A stretch of 64,000 nucleotides of DNA from an uncultured Lachnospiraceae bacterium (lineage in GTDB: Bacteria; Bacillota; Clostridia; Lachnospirales; Lachnospiraceae). Numbering within the stretch: position 1 is the stretch's first letter; the number at the start of each line of letters is the position of its first letter. The notes beneath the pieces were generated by a model. The model was not told the DNA's origin. It did no database searches and saw only the letters and a list, made by a program, of their open reading frames with translations. A program made the translations under genes and the position numbers. The stretch covers positions 11,466 through 75,465 of the forward strand of contig CADANF010000010.1 in the NCBI GenBank assembly GCA_902789175.1, given 5' to 3'. Shown here in pieces: positions 20,600 to 30,469 of the stretch.

Positions 20600-21298
20600 A
20601 TGATGAGAAAAGTGAAGAGAGCTTTAACAGTTCTTTTGGTTATGACAAGTCTTCTCACCCTTCTTACAGGTTGTGGAAAGACAAAGACAAAGAGATATCA
20701 GGCATATGTGGAGACTCTTATAACAGCAAATTATCTTGGAGTTTCGGATGAGTATGTTCAGACTACTGGCGTTAATGAAGCAGATGCAGAAGCTATGTAC
20801 CTTCAGAACGCTACAAGACTTGCGTCAAATTTAGAGGATTACTATGGCCTTGATATAAGAATGGATAAAGAACTTGCTCCTGCTATGGAAGAACTTGCCA
20901 AGAAGATTTATTCAAAGACTAAGTTCGAGGTAGGAAAAGCTTACCAGGATAATGGTATTTACTACGTAGATGTTACAATCCAGCCTATTGATATCCTGAA
21001 TCAGACTTATGCTGAAGTTACAGAATATGTACAGGATTTCAATGGCAGAGTAGCTAAGGGAGAATTCAATAATTATACCAAGGAAGAATATGAAAATGTA
21101 TTTGCCAAGGGAATTATCGAGATCTTAAATAAGGCTGCTGATAATATGCAGTACAAGGAAAAAGAAACAGTTACTGTAAGAATAATAGAGGGAGATTCTT
21201 CATTTTCAATTAAAAATGAGGATTTTCAGAATATAGATATGAAAGTTATTGCTGCAACGGATGAGTATGACAAGGCCAGTGGCACTGATGCAGAATAA
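20600..21298 (+). CDS. Lipoprotein of unknown function
   Basis: Lipobox LLTGC followed by an acidic soluble domain. Confidence 0.7.
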   Translation: MMRKVKRALTVLLVMTSLLTLLTGCGKTKTKRYQAYVETLITANYLGVSDEYVQTTGVNEADAEAMYLQNATRLASNLEDYYGLDIRMDKELAPAMEELAKKIYSKTKFEVGKAYQDNGIYYVDVTIQPIDILNQTYAEVTEYVQDFNGRVAKGEFNNYTKEEYENVFAKGIIEILNKAADNMQYKEKETVTVRIIEGDSSFSIKNEDFQNIDMKVIAATDEYDKASGTDAE

Positions 21299-21320
21299 TC
21301 TTTTATTTCGGGGCAAAGGT

Positions 21321-21350
21321 AAGGGCTGCGCAATATAGCGCAGCCCTTTA
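21321..21350 (+). terminator. Intrinsic terminator
   Basis: AAGGGCTGCGC/GCGCAGCCCTT stem. Confidence 0.75.
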
Positions 21351-21353
21351 AGT

Positions 21354-21382
21354 TTGCATAAAAGCGTAATTTGTGATATGAT
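21354..21382 (+). promoter_or_regulatory. Sigma-A promoter of glmS
   Basis: TTGCAT-17 bp-TATGAT with extended TG. Confidence 0.65.
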
Positions 21383-21440
21383 TCAAAGCAGTTATGGGAT
21401 AGAAAGGAGCCTGTGATTTTTTCGAAAAACTAAGAAGTTT

Positions 21441-21645
21441 TAGCGCCATTTACGTGAAGCTTGTGTCATAAAGAATTCAGCTTTTCTTTTGTAAGGAAGA
21501 ATGCGATTTAGGTTATTACATACAGCTGTCACGTTGACGAGGAGGAGCGTTATCGAAATTTCGGCGGATGCGCTTCCGGACCACACATGGTTCGTTAGGT
21601 ATGATCTTAAAACCCTGAGTAATCAGAAAACAGAGGGTTATATCA
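21441..21645 (+). ncRNA. glmS ribozyme (GlcN6P-activated)
   Basis: AGCGCC cleavage motif, TGACGAGG, TTATCGAA..TTCGGCGGATG..TTCCGG core and GTAATC..AAACAG P4 region. Lies immediately upstream of glmS. Confidence 0.92.
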
Positions 21646-21686
21646 AATGTATCATTATAAAAGGTTAAATAGAGGAGAATATTTAT

Positions 21687-23504
21687 ATGTGTGGTATTAT
21701 AGGTTTTGCTGGTAAGCTTCCAGCAAAGGATGTTCTTATTGATGGTCTTGAGCAGCTTGAGTATAGAGGATATGACAGTGCCGGAATTGCTATTATGGAT
21801 CCAAGTGAGGGACTTCTTTTAGCAAAGAAGGTCGGACGAGTAGCAGATCTTCGCGAAGCTGCAAAGGAACTTGAAACAAAGGGTACAACCGGTATAGGAC
21901 ATACCAGATGGGCTACTCATGGAGGAGTTACAGATGCAAATGCGCATCCTCACAGAGTAGGAAGAGTTACTCTTATTCATAATGGAATAATTGAAAATTA
22001 CAGAGATTTAACAGTTCAGTACGGCCTTAAGGATATGCTTAAGTCAGAAACGGATTCAGAAGTTGCTGCTGCTTTCCTTGATAAGGTTTATGAAGGCGAT
22101 CCGATCGATGCGATAAGAAAGGTGGTTAAACTTCTTTCTGGATCATTTGCTCTCTGTATCATGTTTGATGACCAGCCGGGAAAGATCTATTCAGTAAGAA
22201 ATGTAAGCCCGCTTGTAGCAGCAGCGTCAAAGAAGGGTGCAATAATAGCATCTGATCTTACAGCGATTATTGCTTATTCAAAGGAATACTTTGTTGTTCC
22301 TGAATATCACATCCTTACTCTTTCAGAAGAAGGAATAAAGGTTGAGGATATGAAGGGAAATGAAGTTAAGCCTGAAATTCTTACAGTAAACTGGGATATC
22401 TCAGCAGCACAGAAGGGTGGATATCCACACTTCATGTTAAAGGAAATATACGAACAGCCAGATGCACTTTCAAGAACTATCATGCCAAGAGTAAAGGATG
22501 GACTTCCATACCTTCTTGATGATGGAATAGATGATGAAGTTCTTAAAGGTGTAAAGAACATAAATATCGTTGCCTGCGGAACAGCAATGCATGCTGGTAT
22601 GGTAGGACGTACAGTACTTGAGAACAGACTGAGGATTCCTGTAACAGTTGAAATCGCATCTGAATTCAGATATAAGGATCCTATCATTGATGAGGAGACT
22701 CTTACAATTGTACTTTCACAGTCAGGAGAGACAATTGATACACTTGAAGCTTTAAAGCTTGCAAAGAGTAAGGGTTCAAAGGTTATATCTATCGTTAATG
22801 TTAAGGGTTCAACAATTGCCCGCGAAAGTGATTATGTATTATATACACATGCAGGTCCTGAGATTGCTGTTGCGTCAACAAAGGCATATACAGTTCAGAT
22901 TTCTGCAATGTATCTTATCGCTTGCCGTATGGGATTTGTTAAAGGCATTTTAAGTGAAGATGAGGCTAAAGAATTTATCCAGAATCTCATGAAGGCAGGA
23001 GAACTTATTAAAGAAACACTCCTTAATGCCAATAATATCAAGAGAATAGCGAATTATATCAAAGTGGCTCCGGATGTATTCTACATTGGAAGAGGTATTG
23101 ATTATACAATGTGTCTTGAGGCTTCGCTTAAGCTTAAAGAAATCTCTTATATTCATTCAGAGGCATATGCTGCAGGTGAATTAAAACATGGAACTATCGC
23201 TCTCATCAGTGAGGGAGTGCCTGTTATCGCTATCGCAACAGATGAAAATGTATATAGTAAGGTCATTTCAAATATCAGAGAGGTTAAGTCAAGAGGGGCA
23301 TATGTTATCCTTATCAGCCATGATGATGATATCAATGATAATACTATCTGTGATAAGCAGATAAAGATACCTGATGCAGATTCAACATTTAGTGTATTTG
23401 CTACAGCTGCAGTGCTTCAGCTTATAGCTTATTTCGTATCTGATGCAAAGGGACTTGATGTTGATAAGCCAAGAAATCTTGCAAAATCAGTTACAGTTGA
23501 ATAA
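21687..23504 (+). CDS. glmS: Glutamine-fructose-6-phosphate aminotransferase
   Basis: MCGIIG N-terminal nucleophile, GHTRWATHG, C-terminal PRNLAKSVTVE. Confidence 0.99.
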   Translation: MCGIIGFAGKLPAKDVLIDGLEQLEYRGYDSAGIAIMDPSEGLLLAKKVGRVADLREAAKELETKGTTGIGHTRWATHGGVTDANAHPHRVGRVTLIHNGIIENYRDLTVQYGLKDMLKSETDSEVAAAFLDKVYEGDPIDAIRKVVKLLSGSFALCIMFDDQPGKIYSVRNVSPLVAAASKKGAIIASDLTAIIAYSKEYFVVPEYHILTLSEEGIKVEDMKGNEVKPEILTVNWDISAAQKGGYPHFMLKEIYEQPDALSRTIMPRVKDGLPYLLDDGIDDEVLKGVKNINIVACGTAMHAGMVGRTVLENRLRIPVTVEIASEFRYKDPIIDEETLTIVLSQSGETIDTLEALKLAKSKGSKVISIVNVKGSTIARESDYVLYTHAGPEIAVASTKAYTVQISAMYLIACRMGFVKGILSEDEAKEFIQNLMKAGELIKETLLNANNIKRIANYIKVAPDVFYIGRGIDYTMCLEASLKLKEISYIHSEAYAAGELKHGTIALISEGVPVIAIATDENVYSKVISNIREVKSRGAYVILISHDDDINDNTICDKQIKIPDADSTFSVFATAAVLQLIAYFVSDAKGLDVDKPRNLAKSVTVE

Positions 23505-23681
23505 AAAATAGATATATGGAAAAGCCCCGTTGGGGCTTTTTCTTAATTTTTTCTTATTTAATCAATCTATATGGCAAAAAAAAGTGCAATAAATGGCTTC
23601 CTATGATATAATTTAAGTTGTATGTCCTCGGAAAGAGGAAAAGAAAGAATGTGTATTTCGAAATTTTGAAAGGGGACCAAA

Positions 23682-24608
23682 ATGGAGTTAAATATCAAGT
23701 CAGTTTCATTCGGTGGATATGATAAGAAGGGAACAGAGGCTTATATAGCCGAAATGAAGGATGATTACGAGTCTCAGATTACAGAGCTCAAAAATACTAC
23801 TGCAAAACTTAGCGAGACAGTAGACAGTCTTCGCAAGATGCGCGAAGTTAATATGAATGAGTCTAAGGCTACGGTTGATAATTTAAAACAGATTAATAAT
23901 GATCTTCAAGCAGAGATTGATAAGATGAAAGCACAACTTTCTGAGTATGAAACCAGAGATAGAGAAAGTGCTGCAAGATATGAATCAATCTCACGTACAC
24001 TTCTTGGTGCAAGAGAACAGGCAGATAAGCTTGCAAAAGAGACTCAGGAAGAGTGTGATGCTAAAATGAATGAGACAGCTACACAGTGTAAGCAGATGAT
24101 GGAAGACACAACTGCACAGTGCAAGCAGATGATGGAAGAAACAACATCACAGTGCGAAAATCTCAAGAGTACAACAAAGGCAGAATGTGACAGACTCACA
24201 ACTCAGACAAAGAGTTCATGTCAGGAAAAGAGAGAAACAACTTATGCTGACTGTGAGAACTTAAAGAATACAACAGTTGCTGAGATGAATCAGTTGAAAC
24301 AAGAGACAACAGAAAGCTGCAATCAGCTTAAGGCTGCTACTGAGGCTGCAGCTGCAAAATTAAAGCAGGATACAGAGGCTGAAGCTGCTAAGTTAAAGCA
24401 GGACACAGAAACAGAATGCGAGCAGCTTAAGGCAAAGACTCGTGAGGAAGTTTACATGACAAGAAGTCAGGTAAAGAGAGAATGTGAATCAATCAGCGAA
24501 TTTGTAGCACAGCTTATGGCATCAGTTGATAAGGTTTCAACCGCATGCCAGGAGACAAAGAAGCTTACAGATGATGCATTTGGAGATGTTGCTTCATCTA
24601 AGCAGTAA
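23682..24608 (+). CDS. DivIVA-like coiled-coil protein with 11-residue repeats
   Basis: DivIVA-type N-terminus (SFGGYDKKGTEAYI) and 12 tandem 11-aa repeats. Confidence 0.65.
   Translation: MELNIKSVSFGGYDKKGTEAYIAEMKDDYESQITELKNTTAKLSETVDSLRKMREVNMNESKATVDNLKQINNDLQAEIDKMKAQLSEYETRDRESAARYESISRTLLGAREQADKLAKETQEECDAKMNETATQCKQMMEDTTAQCKQMMEETTSQCENLKSTTKAECDRLTTQTKSSCQEKRETTYADCENLKNTTVAEMNQLKQETTESCNQLKAATEAAAAKLKQDTEAEAAKLKQDTETECEQLKAKTREEVYMTRSQVKRECESISEFVAQLMASVDKVSTACQETKKLTDDAFGDVASSKQ
24042..24437 (+). repeat. Coding 33-nt tandem repeat (12 units)
   Basis: For example ACAGCTACACAGTGTAAGCAGATGATGGAAGAC / ACAACTGCACAGTGCAAGCAGATGATGGAAGAA. Confidence 0.85.
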
Positions 24609-24710
24609 AAACGTTTATTTGTAATGTATTAACAGGGACTATTGTAAGCGTAAACTTTTTTTTAGTCCCTGTTCTTTTCTAACGAGGGTTAACTTAATAG
24701 GGGGTGTCAT

Positions 24711-26444
24711 ATGAAGGATGAAACTAAATTTCTTCTCAAAGCTCTTGAGAAGGAAAGATGTTATATCATAGTAATGAGTTATCTTAGGGACGAGACTTTA
24801 GGTCACTCCAAAGTTGAATATATTACCGAGAATGTAAAGGATCTTGGGATGAATTTAGAGGCGATAAGAGAGGGCTATAGACTTCCAAAGGATTATATTC
24901 ATCCAGCTGACAGAGAACTGTTTGCAGATGCTCTGAAAATGGCGGCAAATAAACAAACAGGGTTTGCTTATGGCATGAAAATATGTGGTGATGATAGTAT
25001 CATCAGAAAAGTAGATGTTGCTGCAGACTATAGTGAAGTAGATAAAAAAACCTTCAGAATAGAATATGTAATTCGTGAAATAGCTGATAAGAAAGAAACA
25101 GCTATTTTTAGTGAGGAAGAAAAGATACCTGAAGTCAGTCGAATAATAGAGGTTTTTAAGGATAACAGAATGGCAGATATCCTGAACCATATATCAGAAA
25201 CAATTGGCTTATACTCTGCAGTAGTAGATCTTTCAGGAAAGAAAATTTCCGAGCCAGTAGGGCCGGAAGCATATCTTGGGGATTTTTATGATATGCTTGA
25301 AAGACCAGAATATTTCGAAATGTTTGAAAGGCTTAGTGATAGCCTGATAACAAGTGAAGAACCTATTTATGTGGATATAAAGAGGCTGAGTCCGGAAAGC
25401 GGACTGTCAGCAGCCCCAATAGTGATCGGGGGAAGACATGTAGCAAACTGGATACTTTTTGCACATGATAAGAGTCAGACAGATAGACTTAGAAGAATTA
25501 TCAAACATCATAGAAAAATGACAGAGATCATTTCGGAATATGTTTATAAATTCTATACATCAACTCATAGGAAGCCTGATGATAATAAGTATAAGGAATT
25601 AATTAAATTTGACAGAGAGCAGAGTAAGATAATATCTGAAATGCTTAAGGATATAATAAATGAGCGTAAGTTCAATCTGGAGAAATACCTTAAAAAAGCC
25701 GGAGAATTACTGGATGTTGATCATGTGATCCTCTTTAAGGAATCTTCAAAATATTCAGAGATCTATTCAATAGATGATTATTGGAGCAGGGAGGGAAAAT
25801 CTCCTGCTACAGTAGCAAGTTTTGATTGGAAGCAGGATCGTTTTTCTGAGGATATGAGGAAAAAGATCAATAAAGAAGGCTTTATAGTAGACCATAAGAA
25901 TATGACTAATCGTATAAGGATTGGCATTTTTCAGGGACGGGCCAGAGCTGTTATGATAAGGCCTGTTGTGGCAGAAAGGCTTTATTATGGTCGTCTGGTT
26001 ATCATTGAAAACAGAAGAGAAAGAGAATGGACAGATGAAGAGCTGGTGTTTACAGAACAGTTTGCAAGCATTGTTTCATCTGCCTTAAGTAAGGAAGTAA
26101 GATCTAAGGGCTTATTAAAAAAGGATGAGGATCTGTTTGACATTCTTGATCAGTTTTCAGCAAATATTTTTATAAGAGATAACGAAACAGGAAAGATTAT
26201 ATTTGCCAATAAAGCGCTTAACAGATTGGCAAAAAGAGATATGACAGGCGAGAATTCCTGGAATATAGTGCCGGATACGAAGGAAGATATTATGGGCTAT
26301 GAAATTGGCTCTTCTACAAAACGTGTCAACTGGCGTAAATATATAGAGGAATTTGGAGCTATATTTGATATATCCATGCTCCCTGTTCGTTTTCAGGACG
26401 GAGAGAAAGGGTCAGTATTTATACTAAGGCTGGCGCAGGACTAG
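24711..26444 (+). CDS. Soluble multi-sensor protein (PAS-like, PocR-like, GAF, PAS-like) without a recognisable output domain
   Basis: PocR-like segment (GLYSAVVDLSG...GLSAAPIVIGG..VANW), GAF-like segment (GRLVIIENRREREWTDEE), terminal PAS-like segment (IFIRDNETGKIIFANK). Confidence 0.55.
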   Translation: MKDETKFLLKALEKERCYIIVMSYLRDETLGHSKVEYITENVKDLGMNLEAIREGYRLPKDYIHPADRELFADALKMAANKQTGFAYGMKICGDDSIIRKVDVAADYSEVDKKTFRIEYVIREIADKKETAIFSEEEKIPEVSRIIEVFKDNRMADILNHISETIGLYSAVVDLSGKKISEPVGPEAYLGDFYDMLERPEYFEMFERLSDSLITSEEPIYVDIKRLSPESGLSAAPIVIGGRHVANWILFAHDKSQTDRLRRIIKHHRKMTEIISEYVYKFYTSTHRKPDDNKYKELIKFDREQSKIISEMLKDIINERKFNLEKYLKKAGELLDVDHVILFKESSKYSEIYSIDDYWSREGKSPATVASFDWKQDRFSEDMRKKINKEGFIVDHKNMTNRIRIGIFQGRARAVMIRPVVAERLYYGRLVIIENRREREWTDEELVFTEQFASIVSSALSKEVRSKGLLKKDEDLFDILDQFSANIFIRDNETGKIIFANKALNRLAKRDMTGENSWNIVPDTKEDIMGYEIGSSTKRVNWRKYIEEFGAIFDISMLPVRFQDGEKGSVFILRLAQD

Positions 26445-26462
26445 ATAGGAGGAACTAAAGTA

Positions 26463-27452
26463 ATGTCAAATGCAGATATAGGAATAGATCTTGGTACTTC
26501 AAGTACTCTGATTTATGTAAGAGGTAAGGGAGTAGTTTTAAAAGAGCCTTCCGTAATCGCATATGATAAAGAACTTGATAAGATAGTTGAAATTGGTGAA
26601 GAAGCAAGACTCATGCTGGGTAGAACTCCAGGGAATATTGTACCTGTAAGACCTCTTAAGCATGGCGTTATAACGGATAATACAACTGCTGAGCAGATGC
26701 TTAGATATTTTATCCGTAAAGCAATAGGTAGAAATTTCTTTGGCAGAAGACCAAGAATCTGTATATCAGTGCCTTCAGGTGTTACAGAGGTTGAAAGACG
26801 TGCTGTAGAAGAGGCTGCATATCGCGCAGGAGCAAGATTTGTTACTCTTCTTGAATGTCCGATTGCAGCGGCTATCGGTGCAGGAATCGATATATCACGT
26901 CCTGTTGGTAATATGCTTATCGATATTGGTGGTGGAACTACTGATATTGCTGTTATTTCAATGGGTGGCGCTGTTGTCAGCTCATCAATAAAGACTGCAG
27001 GTGAAAATTTTGACGAAGCTATCGTCAGATATGTAAGAAAGAGACATAACCTTCTTATCGGTGATGTTACAGCGGAAGAGGTTAAGATAAATATTGGTAC
27101 ATGTTATAAGAGGCCTGAAAATATTGCTATGGAGATCCGTGGCAGAAATATGGTAACAGGTCTTCCAAAGACTGTTACAATTACTTCTGATGAAACAGAA
27201 GAGGCTTTAAGAGAGCCGTGTGCAGCTATTGTTGATGCAGTTCATTCAGTACTTGAGAAGACACCTCCTGAGCTTGCGGCAGATATTGCAGACAGAGGTA
27301 TCGTACTTACAGGTGGTGGAGCGCTTCTTCACGGTCTTGAACAGATGATAGAAGAAAAGACAGGTATCACCACCATGACAGCTGAGGACCCTATGTCAGC
27401 AGTTGCGACTGGTACTGGAAAATATATGGATATACTTGATGAGGAAAAATAG
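26463..27452 (+). CDS. mreB: MreB/Mbl rod-shape determining protein
   Basis: DIGIDLGT, DIGGGTTD and GIVLTGGGALL motifs. Confidence 0.93.
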   Translation: MSNADIGIDLGTSSTLIYVRGKGVVLKEPSVIAYDKELDKIVEIGEEARLMLGRTPGNIVPVRPLKHGVITDNTTAEQMLRYFIRKAIGRNFFGRRPRICISVPSGVTEVERRAVEEAAYRAGARFVTLLECPIAAAIGAGIDISRPVGNMLIDIGGGTTDIAVISMGGAVVSSSIKTAGENFDEAIVRYVRKRHNLLIGDVTAEEVKINIGTCYKRPENIAMEIRGRNMVTGLPKTVTITSDETEEALREPCAAIVDAVHSVLEKTPPELAADIADRGIVLTGGGALLHGLEQMIEEKTGITTMTAEDPMSAVATGTGKYMDILDEEK

Positions 27453-27464
27453 ACATATAGTAAT

Positions 27465-29723
27465 ATGACAAGAGAAGGATACATCGAGAAAATCATATAT
27501 AAAAATGAGGATAACGGATATGCAGTTTTCTCCGTAGAAACAACTGATGGAGAAGAGATATTCGTTGGAACCCTTGGGAATGTTGCTGAGGGAATGTATA
27601 TACAGGCGGAAGGTGAATTTGTTCATCATCCGCAGTATGATATACAGTTTAAATTTAATTCTTATAATATCAGTATGCCGGAGGATACAAAAGGTATTGA
27701 GAAATACCTTGGATCCGGTATCATTAAAGGAATTGGCGAGGTTCTTGCCAAGAGGATCGTTAAGAAATTCAAACTTGATACGCTTCGTATCATAGAAGAA
27801 GAACCTGAAAGATTAGCTGAAGTTAAGGGAATCTCTCTTGATAAAGCAAATAAGATCGCTGTGTCTTACAGTGAAAGTCATGAATTTCAGGAAGTCATAA
27901 TCTTCTTATCCAAATATGGGATAAATGCTAAACTTGCTATTAAGATCTATGAGGAATATGGCAAGGAAGTTTACAATGTAATAAGAGATAATCCATATAG
28001 ATTAGCTGAGGATGTGGCAGGTGTCGGCTTTAAAAAAGCGGACGAGATTGCCATGGCTGCAGGAATTGCGGAAGATTCGAGCTTTCGTATACATTCTGCG
28101 ACACTTTACGCTTTGAATAATTCTATGCAGGAAGGACACATGTACCTGCCTGAAAGACTGCTTGCCAGTGAGGTCTACTGCCTTATTGGAAGTTCTAAGG
28201 AAGAGCAGGTATTTATGGAAGAATTCCATGATCTTCTTATTGATATGTCCATGAATAAAAAAGTGGTACTTAAAACAGAGGAAGAAAATGGACAGGAATA
28301 TACTGTAGTCTATAGTTTCTGGAATTATAATACAGAGATCATATCTGCAAGAAAATTGGTAGATCTTAAGCTTCGTTTTGAGATTCCTGAAGAAGAGATA
28401 AACGGTGTTATAAAGGAGGTAGAGACAGACTGCGGTTTTTGTCTTGATGAGATCCAGAAGTGCGCCGTAAGAGAAGCCATTAGTTCAGGAGTGGCAGTTA
28501 TTACCGGTGGCCCTGGTACAGGAAAAACTACGATAATAAATGCCATTATCAAGTATTTTAATAATAATGCTAAGGAAGTGCTTCTTGCTGCTCCAACAGG
28601 ACGTGCGGCAAAGAGAATGACAGAATCTACAGGGAAAAAGGCAGAGACGATTCACAGATTATTGGAGTTTTCTGGCGAACCAACAGATGATACAACGACC
28701 AGAAGGCTTACATTTAATAGGAATGAAGATAATCCATTAGAAGCAGATGTGATAATAATAGATGAAGCATCGATGTTAGATGCGACACTTTTCTTATCGC
28801 TGCTTAAAGCGATAACTTATGGCACAAGGCTTATACTGGTGGGAGATATTGATCAGCTTCCTTCGGTAGGAGCTGGAAATGTGCTCCATGATATAATTTC
28901 AAGTGGATGTTTTCCTGTTACTACACTTACTTCTATCTTTAGGCAGTCTAAAGAGAGTTCTATAGTAAGTAATGCTCATATGATAAAAAATGGAATGCAT
29001 CTTACCATCAGCAATAAGAGTAAGGATTTTTTCTTTATTCCAAGAAAGAACTCTGCTGAGATATTAAAAGAAGTAAATGATCTTCTGACAGACAATCTTC
29101 CTAAGTATCTAAAGATAATGTCTAAGGAGATCCAGGTTTTAACACCTATGAGAAGATATGAACTTGGGGTTGAATCTCTTAATAAGAGACTGCAGAATGC
29201 TTTAAATCCCAAGAGAAAAGATATAAAAGAAAAAGATAAAGGTGATGTTATCTTCCGCGAAGGAGATAAGGTCATGCAGATTAAAAATAATTATAAGATC
29301 GAGTGGCGTATCCCTCCGTCTGAAGATAATGATTATGTCATGGAAGAGGGAGTGGGCGTATTCAATGGAGATATGGGATATATCTCAAGTATAGACGATT
29401 TTAATGAAGAAGTACTGATACATTTCGATGATGGAAGAGAAGCTGTTTATACTTACAATATGTTAGATGAGCTTGAACATGCATTCGCGATAACAATCCA
29501 TAAATCTCAGGGCAGTGAATATCCGGCAGTTATAATCCCGTTGCTGGCTGGTCCTGAAAAACTCTTTAATAGAAATCTTCTTTATACAGCTGTTACAAGA
29601 GCAAAGCAGATGGTAGTTATTGTGGGAAATATCAATCTGGTCAACAGGATGATAGATAATATAAGTGAACAAAGAAGGTTTACTACATTTGCAAAAAGAA
29701 TAAAGGAAATTGATGAAATATAA
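27465..29723 (+). CDS. recD2: RecD2-like SF1B helicase
   Basis: HhH region (GIGEVLAKRIV), GGPGTGKTT, IIDEASM, HKSQGSEY, LLYTAVTRA. Confidence 0.95.
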   Translation: MTREGYIEKIIYKNEDNGYAVFSVETTDGEEIFVGTLGNVAEGMYIQAEGEFVHHPQYDIQFKFNSYNISMPEDTKGIEKYLGSGIIKGIGEVLAKRIVKKFKLDTLRIIEEEPERLAEVKGISLDKANKIAVSYSESHEFQEVIIFLSKYGINAKLAIKIYEEYGKEVYNVIRDNPYRLAEDVAGVGFKKADEIAMAAGIAEDSSFRIHSATLYALNNSMQEGHMYLPERLLASEVYCLIGSSKEEQVFMEEFHDLLIDMSMNKKVVLKTEEENGQEYTVVYSFWNYNTEIISARKLVDLKLRFEIPEEEINGVIKEVETDCGFCLDEIQKCAVREAISSGVAVITGGPGTGKTTIINAIIKYFNNNAKEVLLAAPTGRAAKRMTESTGKKAETIHRLLEFSGEPTDDTTTRRLTFNRNEDNPLEADVIIIDEASMLDATLFLSLLKAITYGTRLILVGDIDQLPSVGAGNVLHDIISSGCFPVTTLTSIFRQSKESSIVSNAHMIKNGMHLTISNKSKDFFFIPRKNSAEILKEVNDLLTDNLPKYLKIMSKEIQVLTPMRRYELGVESLNKRLQNALNPKRKDIKEKDKGDVIFREGDKVMQIKNNYKIEWRIPPSEDNDYVMEEGVGVFNGDMGYISSIDDFNEEVLIHFDDGREAVYTYNMLDELEHAFAITIHKSQGSEYPAVIIPLLAGPEKLFNRNLLYTAVTRAKQMVVIVGNINLVNRMIDNISEQRRFTTFAKRIKEIDEI

Positions 29724-30420
29724 GATGATAAAGGATCTTTTATTTCCTCCCAGATGCGTTATATGTGATGAAGTGGTCCCTATAGGAGAAATGATATGCG
29801 GTAACTGCAGGCGTTATATAAAGCCTATAGAAGAGCCGAGATGCATGAGATGTGGGAAGAAGATAGAAGATGAAACAGAAGAATATTGTCTGGACTGTTC
29901 TAGAAAGAATAGGGGATATATAAAGGGATATCCATGCTTTGATTATGTATCTCCTGTATCTAATTCTGTGCTTAGGATGAAATATCATGACAGACCGGAA
30001 TATGCTTCATTTTATGGTAAAGAAATCGCCTTACTTTTTGGAAATGAATTTAAATCTATGAAGATAGAGGCTCTGATCCCGGTTCCGCTTCATAAGAACA
30101 GACTTAGAAAAAGAGGATATAATCAGGCAGAACTTATTGCTGTATCACTTTCAAGAGAGGTAGGGATACCTGTAAGAGATGATATTCTTTATAGAGAAAG
30201 TGAAACTGTAGCTCAAAAGAAATTATCAAATGAAGAAAGAGAAAAAAATTTAAGTAATGCCTTTGTGGCACGTGAGATAAAAAATGTACCCCAGAGAGTC
30301 GTTATAGTGGATGATATCTATACCACAGGAGCTACCATTGGGGCTTCGGCAAAAGCACTAAGGAGCATCGGGATAAAAGAGATATATTATACGAGCATAT
30401 GTATAGGAAATGTGGTATGA
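29710..30420 (+). CDS. comF: ComF family amidophosphoribosyltransferase-like protein
   Basis: Double Zn ribbon N-terminus, RGYNQAE, VDDIYTTGAT. Confidence 0.92.
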   Translation: MMKYKMIKDLLFPPRCVICDEVVPIGEMICGNCRRYIKPIEEPRCMRCGKKIEDETEEYCLDCSRKNRGYIKGYPCFDYVSPVSNSVLRMKYHDRPEYASFYGKEIALLFGNEFKSMKIEALIPVPLHKNRLRKRGYNQAELIAVSLSREVGIPVRDDILYRESETVAQKKLSNEEREKNLSNAFVAREIKNVPQRVVIVDDIYTTGATIGASAKALRSIGIKEIYYTSICIGNVV

Positions 30421-30469
30421 TGCTATTTGTTAAGAAATGGTCAAAGGACCAAAAAAGAGGTATATAGAA

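Noticed and set aside
24042-24437. 33-bp periodic repeats as CRISPR or VNTR
   Set aside because: In-frame coding repeats of a coiled-coil protein, with no unique spacers.
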